From Mobula hypostoma (taxonomy: Eukaryota), in contig NC_086097.1 in the NCBI RefSeq assembly GCF_963921235.1, positions 76,200,001 through 76,264,000 on the forward strand: a stretch of DNA of 64,000 bases, given 5' to 3'. The notes below the pieces were generated by a model. That model was not told where the DNA came from and did not search any database. It worked only from the letters and a program-made list of their open reading frames with translations. This document shows, in pieces, positions 1 through 11,208 of this stretch (its first letter is position 1; each line of letters opens with the position of its first letter). A program made the translations under genes and the position numbers.

Positions 1-491
1 ACATTGATTGCACAATGATTCCTGGGATGGCAGGTCTTTCATATGAAGAAAGACTGGATGAACTGGGCTTGTACTCGTTGGAATTTAGAAGATTGAGGGG
101 GGATCTGATTGAAACGTATAAGATCCTAAAGGGATTGGACAGGCTAGATGCAGGAAGATTGTTCCCGATGTTGGGGAGGTCTAGAACGAGGGGTCACAGT
201 TTGAGGATAGAGGGGAAGCCTTTTAGGACCGAGGTTAGGAAAAACTTCTTCACACAGAGAGTGGTGAATCTGTGGAATTCTCTGCCACAGCAAACTGTTG
301 AGGCCAGTTCATTAGCTATGTTTAAAAGGAAGTTAGATATGGCCCTTGTGGCTACAGGGGTCAGGGGGTATGGAGGGAAGGCTGGGTTCTGAGTTGGATG
401 ATCAGCCATGATCATAATAAATGGTGGTGCAGGCTCGAAGGGCCGAATGGCCTACTCCTGCACCTATTTTCTATGTTTCTATGTTTCTATG
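1..491 (+). mobile_element. CR1 LINE 3' end (ORF2 C-terminus and tail), relatively young
   Basis: ORF 15-392 LSYEERL..LGLYSLEFRRLRGDLIETYKIL..RTRGHSL..NFFTQRVVNLWNSLP is the typical CR1 ORF2 end; (TTTCTATG)3 tail at about 468-491. Confidence 0.95.
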
Positions 492-689
492 AACAGCAGA
501 TTTTTTTGAAGGTATTGTTTCCTCAGAATTTTTTAGTAGTTATGATAGACCACTTTAAACCAAACACAAATATAATTACAGACTACTTGTATCATGTAGG
601 AATTTGGAGTAACAAGAAGTTAACTTTTATTAAGTACAATGCGTTTAAGCATTTAATGGCACTGATGCTTTGCAATAGTTCAACTAAGC

Positions 690-2555
690 TGAAAGTGTTT
701 TGTTAGTGATTTTCATTCATAGTGTCTGAGGCTTCTTGCTTTAATGTCCAAGAATATGTCCTGAGGAAACCATTCACCATGCTCATCACTGACAGTACCA
801 AGATGTGCAGGGAGGAAGTCTAAATGGGAATGCATAAAATAAATCTTCAGTGACTTGTTGCACTCATGGTTTTGTACGCTGGAAGCATGTTGTCAACCAT
901 GTTGAAGCATGCAGCTTGGTGCTCTGTAGTTGCCAAAAAAAAAATTTCAACAACATCCGTGAATACCTTCCATGAAATTTTCTCTGGTCCCACTAGAAGT
1001 TCTTCCAATTGCCTGTCACTGCTGACCTGTTTGACTTGTGGACCAATAAAAATGCCTTCCTTAATTTTGGTATCAGTTACTCAGGGAAACATTTGTCTAA
1101 AGTATCAAAATCTTTCACCTTCCTTGTTTATTGCTTTCACAAAAATTTTCATAAGCTCCAGTGTTACAGGAAGAGGAGGCAAAAATATCTTTATTGAGTC
1201 TACAAGTGGCTTATGTGCCACAATTTTCTTCTTGGTGGCTTTGAAAGACAGAAATTTTTGTGCCTGCTGACAGCAGATTCCATCCTTGCAGTCTTGAACC
1301 TAGTAATTCTGCTTTTGACTTTGACAAAGCCAAGTCTCTGACCACATCATTTCACTCAGATTGAGTTATCAAAGGAGTCTCACTTGACATAACGGGTTCA
1401 AAATCTGTATCAGTATCAGTGTCATTTTCCATTCCTGCCTCATGCATCATGACATTGTTTCCTGCCTCCTTTAGACTCATGTCTCTGGTGGCTTTGGTAC
1501 TGGAAGGCTATCATCATGTGGCACAGCCTGAAGTTGGGTTATTCAATGGACTTCTTGTTTTTAGCAGAGAAACCAGACGCACTGGTCAGACAGAAGTAGC
1601 AGTCTTTCACATGATCTGCTCTCGCTATATCATCGGGACTGCAAATGGCATTGATTTCCGAGTACCTCTGAGCCAAGCTCTAAGATCGACAATGCTTGTT
1701 GCACAACAAATGTGAGGAGCCCAGGCTTTGTCTTGGTCGTCAATTTTACACCCAAAGTACAGCTCATAGGCTTTCTTAATAAGAGAAGTCATGCTCCATC
1801 TTTGAAATTAAGCAAATTTTGCCAAAAATGTTACAGAAAGTATCATGCCTGTTGCAACATTGGCAAGACATTCTGCTATCACAAATTCTCCTGAAAATGC
1901 AATTACTTTATTATAGTGAGTACACAAAATATGGTATGCATGTAGAGCATGCACATCAACATGATCGTAAACTGATATACATGTAAACACAATGCATAGA
2001 ACGGTGTGTGTGTGTGTGTGATGCTTTTATAGCCTTTCTAAAAGCTGTGCTGCCATGCAGCATCCACCCTGCCTAAGCATGCCCAGACATAACTGAACAA
2101 AATAGAAAACTTTAACAACAGGAATTCTGCAGATGCTGGAAATTCAAGCAACATACATCAAAGTTGCTGGTGAACGCAGCAGGCCAGGCAGCATCTGTAG
2201 GAAGAGGCGCAGTGGACGTTTCAGGCCGAGGCCCTTCGTCAGGACTAACGATGTTAGTCCTGACGAAGGGCCTCGGCCTGAAACGTCCACTGCGCCTCTT
2301 CCTACAGATGCTGCCTGGCCTGCTGCGTTCACCAGCAACTTTGATGTATGTTGCTTAAAATAGAAAACTTTCCAGCTTACATTGTGGGCAACATTTTAAT
2401 TCACTTGAATTATGAATTGAAACAACAAATATAAATGATTTCAAAAGAAATGGAGTGTGATAGGGGAATTTCATGGTGATTTTCCTGATCAGCAGCCCAA
2501 ACTTCATAAGATACATCTGAAACTATTCAGGAATTAAAACCTTTGTTGTCTAGTG
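690..2555 (-). mobile_element. Chapaev3 (CMC superfamily) DNA transposon, decayed transposase with internal deletion
   Basis: Minus-strand fragments: KKAYELYFGCKIDDQDKAWAPHICC..AWLRGTRKSMPFAVPM, DHVKDCYFCLT, VPHDDSLPVPKPPE (1480-1790); KIKEGIFIGPQVK (about 1030-1070); CNKSLKIYFMHSHLDFLPAHLGTVSDEHGEWFPQDI (about 755-865). 5' terminus CACTAGACAACAAAG at 2555. The 3' terminus was not seen, so the left boundary is approximate. Confidence 0.85.
2114..2356. mobile_element. Penelope-like terminal-repeat hairpin insertion, nested in the Chapaev3 element
   Basis: Perfect inverted repeat 2146-2249 / 2253-2356 with loop GAT. 15-bp TSD AAAATAGAAAACTTT at 2099-2113 and 2357-2371. Homologous to the 3' terminus of the GIY-YIG element at 5130-6065. 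Confidence 0.9.
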
Positions 2556-2959
2556 TTATCTTTACGACCAAGTAAAGCAGAGAATGCTTTTTAACAACCC
2601 AAGATCAAGGAGAAATTTTCACAGGAAACATTGCATGTCAGCTTGGCGTTAGCTAGATGGTTGCAAAAACATATGATGTAGATGATAGATTTTGAAATAC
2701 TCGCAGATTTGCTGTACACATCAGTGCTTGGATAATAAAACGTTGGGCCAGTTGGCTTTGTCTTTGGTTTGCTTAACTCTTTTCTTCCGTTGTTTGTGAG
2801 TGCACAATGGATATTTGGTGATAACAGTGAAAGCTGTATTTTGTTTAGTGCTTCCATGAAATTTGTTTGCAATAAACATATTTTCTATATATATATAAAT
2901 AATTTAAGTTCATCTGTGAGATATGTCTAAATTATATTTATGCTTCTTAGTTTGTACAG

Positions 2960-3900
2960 AATGTCAGATATATCACCTAAGAAGCAAAAATGTTCAAATG
3001 ATGGAAAAACAACAGAGATTTTCAAGAGTGGTGGAGTAAGAGTTTTGGCACGATTAAAAAGCGTGATAAAGTATTATGCATCCTATATTCTGAATCAGTG
3101 GTCTGCAGGACTTCCTCCATAAAGGAACATTCTGAAACTATTCATAAATGGCTCTACAATGCAAGTAAGCAAGAACAGAAAATGTATTTTTTGAGAAATC
3201 AGCAAGAAAAAAATCCGGTCAAATTATTTTGATGACCTCTATTTCAGGTAAAGCCTTTATCACTCAATTTTGTAGGGAAAATGAAAGATGCAAAGAACTG
3301 GTTAACTTGCTAATGTTAACTGAACACACCACTGGGGTTGAAGTATGTAAGGCAGTTAGTAAAAGACTGGTAGACAAGTTAATCTTTCAAAAATAGTTTC
3401 CCTGACAACTGTTGGTGCATCTAGCGTGATTGATAAGGAGGCAGGTTTTGACAATCTGTTTGCAAAATCTGTTGGACATCCATTGATCAACTTTCATTGT
3501 ATAGTGCACGAGGAGGCTTTTTGTGAAAAAGCTGGCCTCAAGCAGCTTGAAGAAGCGATGAAAACTGAAACTAAGGTAACTAATTTTATTTGAAAAGTAC
3601 ACAATTTCAGAATTTACTGAGTGAGGTGAATTCAGAGTACGCAGGACAACTTATGTACAGCAATGGTCATTCGCTTAGTAGAAGATCTGTCCTTACACCA
3701 TTCGTTGATTGTTTGGATGAAATTTATCTGTTCTTGATGAATGAAAATTTTTCTTGTCACAGAAATGTGATGTTGTGTAGATTTATAGATTGATGCTTTT
3801 GCAGAAACCTCTTCACATTTACATGACTGGAACACCAAATTACAGGGGTTGACAAACGACTTGATGCTATGTCTGATAATATATAAGCCTCTGGGAAGGA
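2960..3900 (+). mobile_element. Decayed hAT (Charlie/Buster, GTF2IRD2/EPM2AIP1-like) transposase
   Basis: Frameshifted fragments RDFQEWWSKSFG..KVLCILYSESVVCRTSSIKEHSETIH; HPLINFHCIVHEEAFCEK (CxxH motif); QFQNLLSEVNSEYAGQLMYSNGHSLSRRSVL..FVDCLDEI (decayed VRWLSRG). Boundaries approximate. Confidence 0.8.
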
Positions 3901-4442
3901 GATCCCTTATTTACTCTCTAACCATGTGATCATGGTGGTACAGATCTACTAATATTAATATTGCAGTATGACCAGCATGAGCTTCAAAGTGATTTGATAC
4001 CACTTTTGGCTCCTGAGCAACGGAGTTCACCACAATTGTAAAGATATCCACTTTTCATACACTTTTTTTTACATCCCAGAATTAGAAAGAAGAGTTTCAT
4101 GCAGCAAAATAATTTCAGATTAAATAAGTATCAACTTGAAATAAGAATATTGGTCTAACTCACATTTCAGAATGCTTTCTACATTTGATTAAATATGATA
4201 ATAGTTAAGCTAGCAGTATGAAAATTATGAAAAGCATACACCATTGAAAAACGCAGCTCCAACAATTTGCTCAATATAAACTCTGATGATAAAGTGTAAG
4301 CTGTGATCATTAAGCACAGAATGAATACTATTAAGTTTAAAAGTATTATTAATCAAACCTCAAAACAGAACAAAAGGAAAATTTCTGTTTATGACCATCA
4401 CCAAATCTGCTTATAAGTCACCAATATCCTTGTATAATAAAC

Positions 4443-4643
4443 ACACATCAAAGTTGCTGGTGAACGCAGCAGGCCAGGCAGCATCTCTAGGAAGAGGTAC
4501 AGTCGACGTTTCAGGCCGAGACTCTTCGTCAGGACTAACTGAAGGAAGAGTTAGCAAGAGATTTGAAAGTGGGAGGGGGAGGGGGAGATCCAAAATGACA
4601 GGAGAAGACAGGAGGGGGAGGAATGGAGCCAAGAGCTGGACAG
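4443..4643 (-). mobile_element. Penelope-like terminal-repeat fragment (single arm)
   Basis: Near-identical to about 5133-5335. 15-bp TSD CCTTGTATAATAAAC 4428-4442 / CCTTATATAATAAAC 4644-4658. Confidence 0.85.
4501..4536 (-). ncRNA. Minimal type I hammerhead ribozyme-like motif (stem II weakened)
   Basis: Minus strand: AGUC CUGACGA A GAGUCUCGGCCU GAAA CG UC GACU. Core and stem I are intact; stem II has an A-C mismatch. Confidence 0.5.
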
Positions 4644-4802
4644 CCTTATATAATAAACTTGATCTAATCAATGCATAAAATTGCTTCAAATGCTTGTTTT
4701 TATTTACCTGAATTAAGTTAAAGACAGCAAGAAATCTGAAGAAAGTTGTGTATCTGAGAAAATTTATAATCAAGTTAACATATGGAGAAGAAAAAATGTC
4801 CA

Positions 4803-4983
4803 ACAAAGAAAACCTGCTGACTTTGACAGTTATGTATGGGGGAAGAACAGACAATTGAAATACAGTGGATGGACAACCTCTGATATCTATACAAAGAAAA
4901 CCTGCTGACTTTGACAGTTATGTATGGAGGAAGAACAGACAATTCAAATACAGTGGGTGGACAATCTCTGATAGCTATACAAA
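4803..4983. repeat. Tandem duplication, 88-bp unit x2
   Basis: ACAAAGAAAACCTGCTGACTTTGACAG...CTAT at 4803-4890 and 4891-4978 with about 5 substitutions, followed by ACAAA. Confidence 0.9.
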
Positions 4984-5129
4984 ACACACTTCTGTGGAGA
5001 TTGTAAAAAAACCAGATGTTAATTCATTGCTCTAACATATTCAGATGTTATACCTTTATGGGTAATTTCCTTCGAGCATTACTATATTTATAATGTAGAG
5101 TAGTCTAAGATAAGGGAAATCAAATTTAA

Positions 5130-6065
5130 GCAACACACATCAAAGATGCTGGTGGACACAGCAGGCTAGGCAGCATCTCTAGGAAGAAGTACAGTCGACG
5201 TTTCGGGCCAAGACCCTTCATCAGGACTAACTGAAAGAAGAGATAGTAAGAGATTTGAAAGTGGGAGAGGGAGGGGGGAGATTCAAAATGATAGGAGAAG
5301 ACAGGAGGGGGAAGGGATGGAGCTAAGAGCTGGATAGTTGATTGGCAAAAGGGATATGAGAGGATCATGGGACAGACGGGAGGTCTAGGGAGAAAGAAAG
5401 GCGGGGGGGCAGAAGCCCAGAGGATGGGCAAGGAGTATAGTGAGAGGGACAGAGGGAGAAAAAGGAGAGAGAGAAAAAAATATTAATAATAATAAAAGAT
5501 AAATAAATAATGGATGGGGTACGAAGGGGAGGAGGGGCATTAACGGAAGTTAGAGAGGTCAGTGTTCATGCCATCAGGTTGGAGGCTACCCAGACGGAAT
5601 ATAAGGTGTTGTTCCTCCAACCTGAGTGTGGCTTCATCTTGACAGTAGAGGAGGCCGTGGATAGATATATCAGAATGGGAATGGGACGTGGAATTAAAAT
5701 GTGTGGCCACTGAGAGATCCTGCTTTTTTTGGCAGACAGAGAATAGGTGTTCAGCAAAACGATCTCCCAGCCTGCGTCGGGTCTTGCCAGTATATAGAAG
5801 GCCACATCAGGAGCACCGGGCGCAGTATATCACCCCAGCCGACTCACAAGTGAAGTGTCGCCTCACCTGGAAGGACTGTCTGGGGCCCTGAATGGTGGTG
5901 AGGGAGGCAGTGTAAGGGCATGTGTAGCACTTGTTCCGCTTACAAGGATAAGTGCCAGGAGGGAGATCGGTGGGGAGGGATGGGGGGATGAATGGACAAG
6001 GGAGTCGCGTAGGGAGCAATCCCTGTGGAAAGCGGCGGGGGGGGGGGGAGGAAAGATGTGCTAGG
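5130..6065 (-). mobile_element. Penelope-like retroelement, 5'-truncated: GIY-YIG endonuclease region and 3' terminal repeat
   Basis: PPGTYPCKRNKCYTCP..SFQVRRHFTCESAGVIYCARCS*CGLLYTGKTRRRLGDRFAEHL..LEEQHLIFRLGSLQPDGMNTDLSNFR* (final stop 5540-5542). 10-bp TSD TCAAATTTAA at 5120-5129 and 6066-6075. Confidence 0.92.
5193..5228 (-). ncRNA. Minimal type I hammerhead ribozyme motif in the Penelope-like terminal repeat
   Basis: AGUC [CUGAUGA] A GGGU-CUUG-GCCC [GAAA] CG [UC] GACU: stem I AGUC/GACU, conserved core, stem II, self-complementary ACGU in place of stem III. It lies in the sense orientation downstream of the ORF. Such motifs are known from Penelope-like elements. Confidence 0.7.
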
Positions 6066-6784
6066 TCAAATTTAAAATAATTACAGAGCTTGAATTTTAA
6101 GAAATTGATTTTTTAAAAGTCTACACAAAAGTCAAATTTGCCCTTTTTCAATATATGTTAAGGAACTAAAAGATGATGTGCACATCTGCCTTCCCGTGTT
6201 ATGTAGGTCTATGCAATGTTTTTTCTTAAACCATTTATTGCTACCATCTGCTAGTGCAAAAGCCACAATACTTGAAATTGTTGTTGAAAAAAACATGTTT
6301 TTGTATACTTTTGTCAAGTCTATTTTATCTCCGATCAAATTCCAAATAGAGATTTTGAAAATTACACGTCTCCCTTCCCCCACATATGCCCGAATAGTAA
6401 TAATTTGCAAACCATTTGTTTAATCTGTTGTTCATGTACAACATTAGTTGCCAAATCATTTAAAGTCCTTCCTCGTATTCTAAGTCTGATAGTGGCAGTT
6501 TTTGGCTAGAAAATTTCTTAGAAGGGGAAAATATATAAATAGTGTTCAATATGCTGTGCAATGGGGGACACTCCTATGACTTGTCCCAGGACAAAATAAT
6601 CAATAATCCAGTGGTCAGAAGTTATTTCACAGATCTTAAGATTGGCCTTAATTTTCAATTTTAGAATTTCAGGTTGTAAATTCTGAGCTGCAAATATTTT
6701 TCATCAATTATCTTTCTTTACACCTAATTACGTACATCAGACGCCCCAAAACAATCATTGTCCTCAGTTAATGCACACATGAAT

Positions 6785-7056
6785 ATTTATTTACTGTATT
6801 GAGGTACAGTGTGGAACAGGCCGTTCTGGCCCTTCGAGCCACACCTCCCAGCAAACCCCTGATTTAATCCTAGCCTAATCGAGGGACAATTTACAATAAC
6901 CGATTAACCCACCAACTGATGGACTGTGGTGGGAAATCTGAGCACCCGGAGGAAACCAGTGTGGTCACGGGGAGGACATACAACTCCTCAAGAGGCAGTG
7001 GCGGGAATCAAACCTGTGTCGCTGGTACTGCAATGTGTTGTGCAAACCACTAGGCT
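6785..7056 (-). mobile_element. tRNA-derived V-SINE (HE1-like)
   Basis: GAGCACCCGGAGGAAACC..GGTCACGGGGAGGACATACAACTCC (V-domain, reverse complement), B-box-like GGAATCAAACC, and CR1-like tail GGAACAGGCC..GGCCC. Confidence 0.75.
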
Positions 7057-7799
7057 ATAATTTTGATGCAAGTAAAACTAGATTGCATATTAGTTTGGCT
7101 TTGAGTGTGTGCATTGCTAACACCTTTTACTGGAATGCAGTTGGCAGTCAATGACATCTACTTGTGTGCAATGTTAGTATGAAACCAATGCAATGAAAAT
7201 GAAATAAATACTCTAGTTTGTATCGTCTCTTAACAGTGTGCAGCAGAACACCAACTCAGCAGCAGGAAAAATGATCATCTACTTGCAAGTTAATTATTAA
7301 TTAATTCTTACTGGTTGCTCTTATGATCTACAAAGGTTTGGCACGTTCAACATTTTTTATAACCTTTAAAATATATTGGAAATGATATGCCAGATGTTGT
7401 TTTGACTAAGCTTCTACATGAAAGTACTACTAGACATCCAACTACGAACGTAAGAAGAATGAACGGAGGTTATGCACAGCAGGAAAAATTGCTTGAAGAG
7501 TGGAGGAGAATGCAGAGCACGGCTCTTAGTGGAAGGCCAAATCCACACAAGGTGTTCATGGAGTATTTTCCCCATTGGAATCTCAGCATTGAATAGTCAG
7601 TGAGATTTCTGGATTTCAGTAGGAATAACCCCATTGAATTATACCTCCTGCTACTGCCCAAACTATAATCGTTTCATTGGATGAGGCTGTCAAAGCTACT
7701 GTGGGCTGAGCTGGAGAAATTTGAGACATCTCACAATTTGCCATCTACCTTTGGGTAAAGTCAGTTATTCAATATAACAAAATACAACAAATTCTCATT

Positions 7800-8400
7800 T
7801 GTCATTGTCGCCTGGGGGAGCAACCCAGAAGATTATTGATTCTCCTTTGGAGCAGGATACTACTGACTATTCCACCTGGATAGTCTGCAGTCCCACAGCT
7901 TGAAGATTAAATTCTCCATCTTCTGGTGAACTGTTCCCACTATGACCCTTTCTTTCTCCTCCTGATCTACAGAGATTGTTTCGCACTCACAAAGCCACCA
8001 ATACCCTATTTCTTCTTCATCTTCCACCCACTCCATTTGCCCATCACCCATGCACTCCTCCCACCGATTCTCCTCCTGCAATGTTCCCATTGGCCCTTTT
8101 CACCTTCTTCACTTGGTTCATTTCATGCTCTACTTCCTCTCCTATCAGATTCATTATCTTCAGACCTCCACCTATCACTTCCTAGCTTCTGCTGATATTT
8201 CCATTCTTCCCTCTCCCATCGCACTCCTCCTCTGGATTCACCTATTATTTAAAAGTTAATGTCTCGCCCCTCTTCTTTCCCCTTTAATCAGGCTACATCC
8301 CCTCTATCCTTCAATCCAGTGAACATCTTGACCCAAACTGTTCACTGTCCATTTCATTCACTGGTAACTGCCTGGCCTAATGAGTTCTTCCAAAATATTG
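7800..8400 (+). mobile_element. Old Penelope-like element 3' end
   Basis: LFHLDSLQSHSLKIKFSIFW* resembles the C-terminus at 5540-5620. It is followed by a pyrimidine-rich UTR and a decayed terminal repeat (CCAGTGAACATCTTGACCCAAACTGTTCACTG..CTGCCTGGCCTAATGAGTTCTTCC). Confidence 0.65.
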
Positions 8401-8754
8401 TGACAACTTTTGTTGTCTTCATTCCACAGCAGCTTGTTGTGCTAATGTCTTTTGACCTACAAAACCAGTCAAGACGTGTTTGTCGGGCCACAAAGACAAG
8501 CTGACAACGACATGGTTTCTGATTCAAACATACCCAGAAACATGCAAGTCATGACTGCCACTCTGCAAAATAAATGTGACCAAACAGATTACTGGTGCAC
8601 TGAGACAACAAATTGCACTCTGGACCATGGTGGAGGAACTCTGGAATACTCCGACTGGTTAATTCAAGATTCCTGGTGGTCTGCTGTGGGCTGTGCAACT
8701 TTGTCATCATTAATGATCAGACCCTGCCTGTAGAAGATAAATGGAAAGTAACCA

Positions 8755-9400
8755 CACAGCAGGAAAAGGAGTAGGAAATAGCTGCACACTTTCCCTAGAG
8801 CCTGGTCTGCATCCACTGAGATCTTAGCTTATCCCACCCGGTCTCTCGATACCTTGATTCCCTCAGTGTTCAAAAAATTGTTCTAACCTCTCTGTTGAAC
8901 TCATTCAATGAATGACCAAGCACTCAATACTGAGGGAGAGGATTTCAAAGAATTATAATTTTATAAGTAAAACACCTCCCTCATCTTAGTTGTAAAACGT
9001 TAACCCTCTTCTGCTTTGATGGATCCCTAAATTCTAGACAGCTAGTAAAAATTAGTGTCTCAGCAATTAATCTGCTGATTTCTTTCAAAATCTTTTATTA
9101 AACAATGATATACACTCACTTTTCTAAACTCTAGTCAATATGCTGTCACAAGACAACATTATCTCATAATTCAAACCTAGTGAACTGCACAGCATTGAAT
9201 CTATGACAAGAATATCTTCCTTATGTGTTGAGGGCAAAGCTACATGCAAAATTCCAGGTGTCCCCTCACCTAGCCATGAATAACTTGAGAAAGTCTTATT
9301 ACTCGTGCTCCAAATCTCTTATAATAGAGGCTATTTTCATTCCTAACAACTTGTTATTTATACTCTTCTTACAGAATAAATAACCTCAGACTTCCCACAT
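8755..9400 (-). mobile_element. Old CR1 LINE fragment
   Basis: Decayed similarity to the reverse complement of the CR1 3' region (CCTTGATTCCC.., GAGAGGATTTCAAAGA.., CTAGTGAAC.., TTCCAGGTGT..CTCACC). Boundaries approximate. Confidence 0.5.
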
Positions 9401-9455
9401 TATAATCTTTCTGACATTTTCTTGTAGACTTATTTAACCTATCTATGTCATTTTG

Positions 9456-10289
9456 GGAATCAAAGTTGGCAATGAAAATATCAATAATTTCAGATATGCA
9501 GATGACACTGTGTTAATTGCAAGTATGGAGGAAGAACTACAAAACTTAATTGATATAATTGTTGAAGAAAGTGCAAAAATGGGTCTATCTATCAATTGCA
9601 AAAAGACAGAATGTATGGTGATATCCAAAAAGAAGGAGAATCCCACCTGCAGGCTGAGAATAAATGGGGAAGACATAAAACAAGTACAGAACTTTTGCTA
9701 CTTAGGAAGCTGGGTGACATCAGATGACAGGTGTGATATGGATATCAAAAGAAGAATAGGGATGGCAAAAGACACCTTTACGAGAATGAAGACTGTACTA
9801 ACCAATACTAAACTAGGCATGACAACCCGCCTCAGAGCACTGAAATGTTATGTTTATCCGGTTATGTTATATGGCTCAGAATGTTGGGCAATATCTAGTA
9901 ACATGAGGAAACGAATTGAAGCAGCAGAGATACAGCTTTTGAGGAGGATGGAAAAAATATCATGGATGAAACGAATATCTAACAAGGATGTCATGAACAG
10001 AGCAAACACAAAAAGAGAAACAATGTATGAGATCATGAAAACAACGTAACTTCATTGGACATGTGATTAGGAAAGAGGAGTTAGAATGCACTGTAATTAT
10101 GGGAAATATTGAAGGGAAGAAAGCAAGAGGAAGACAAAGACAAATGATGATGGAGACGGCAGCCAGAGAACTGGAAATGAATACAAATGAATTGATCCAC
10201 TTGACCCAAAACAGGAGTGTATAGGCCACGGCAGTCAAAGCTCAAACTGGGCATGGCACCTGATGATGATGATGATGAAGATGAAGATG
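9456..10289 (+). mobile_element. RTE-clade LINE, 5'-truncated
   Basis: ORF with INNFRYADDTVLIA, GLSINCKKTECM, FCYLGSWVT, RRIGMAK, LYGSECW. (TGA)n tail 10261-10290. 11-bp TSD ATGTCATTTTG at 9445-9455 and 10290-10300. Confidence 0.93.
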
Positions 10290-10404
10290 ATGTCATTTTG
10301 TAATCATGCTTTGTGTTCTACCTAAGAGTCAGTTTACCACCTAGATATGCATGTCAGTAAACTTGAGTCTGTCACACTGTTCTTCCCTTTAACTTATCAA
10401 TGTA

Positions 10405-10602
10405 CCAAGTATCCAGACCTTCTCGGTTTTTTTGCACTACCTTACTTTCCTTTTTCTATTTTCTATTTATGGTTTATAATTTAAATTTTTAATATTTACT
10501 ATGGATTTGTACTCCAGGGAGCACAAAGCGCAGAATCAAATATCGCCGTGATGATTGTAAGCTCTCGTATTAATTGTTTGGCGACAATAAAATAGTAAAG
10601 TA
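10405..10602 (+). mobile_element. LINE 3' UTR fragment, probably Rex1/Babar
   Basis: TTTTGCACTA..TTTGTACTCCAGGGAGC..GCGACAATAAA followed by an (AGTAA)n-like tail. Confidence 0.45.
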
Positions 10603-11208
10603 ACGTTGTTCAGGGCCCATTGCTAACAAGATCGATAATAATGTGTTAAACTGAAAACCATATTCCTTCTGTTTTCTTTCTTTAACCAATCTTTGAACTC
10701 TTATTTTAGTGTGATTCCCATCATATGGTTCTGAAAATTCAAATATACCATAGCCACTTTCCTACTTGCTCACCTTTCCAATTTCATCTTCTAAATACAC
10801 CATGATATTCATGACAAATTATTTTCTCTTAATAAAACCATTCTGACTGCATATTTATATTTTTTATTTTCTAAGTGGTCTATAGGTATGATAATAATAA
10901 TGGATTTCAGCATTTCCCCCACATTGATGTCAAGACTACTAGTAAAAAATTCAGTGTTTTCTCTTTCCCTTCATTCTTGAATAGCAGTTACATTTGCCAC
11001 CTTCTGGGCTATTGCAAACTCTTGGCAATTTTGGAATATCATCAATAAAGAATGCAATTCCTTTGCTCAGATGCAGACCACCAGGTGCAAGAGACAGGAT
11101 AGATTTCGGTCCAATGAGTTTTGACTGCACTCTGCTAATACCGATTAATTCCTGAGAGTGGAAGTGGAGGAAGGAAGAGGATGAAGATATGGAGGGGGTG
11201 TTTTTGAC

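Noticed and set aside
866..1270. 134-aa plus-strand ORF
   Set aside because: Antisense shadow of the decayed Chapaev3 transposase.
2133..2363. Near-identical ORFs on both strands (MLVNAAGQAASVGRG...), also at 4391-4854 and 32944-33250
   Set aside because: Artefact of the palindromic non-coding terminal repeat; no protein features.
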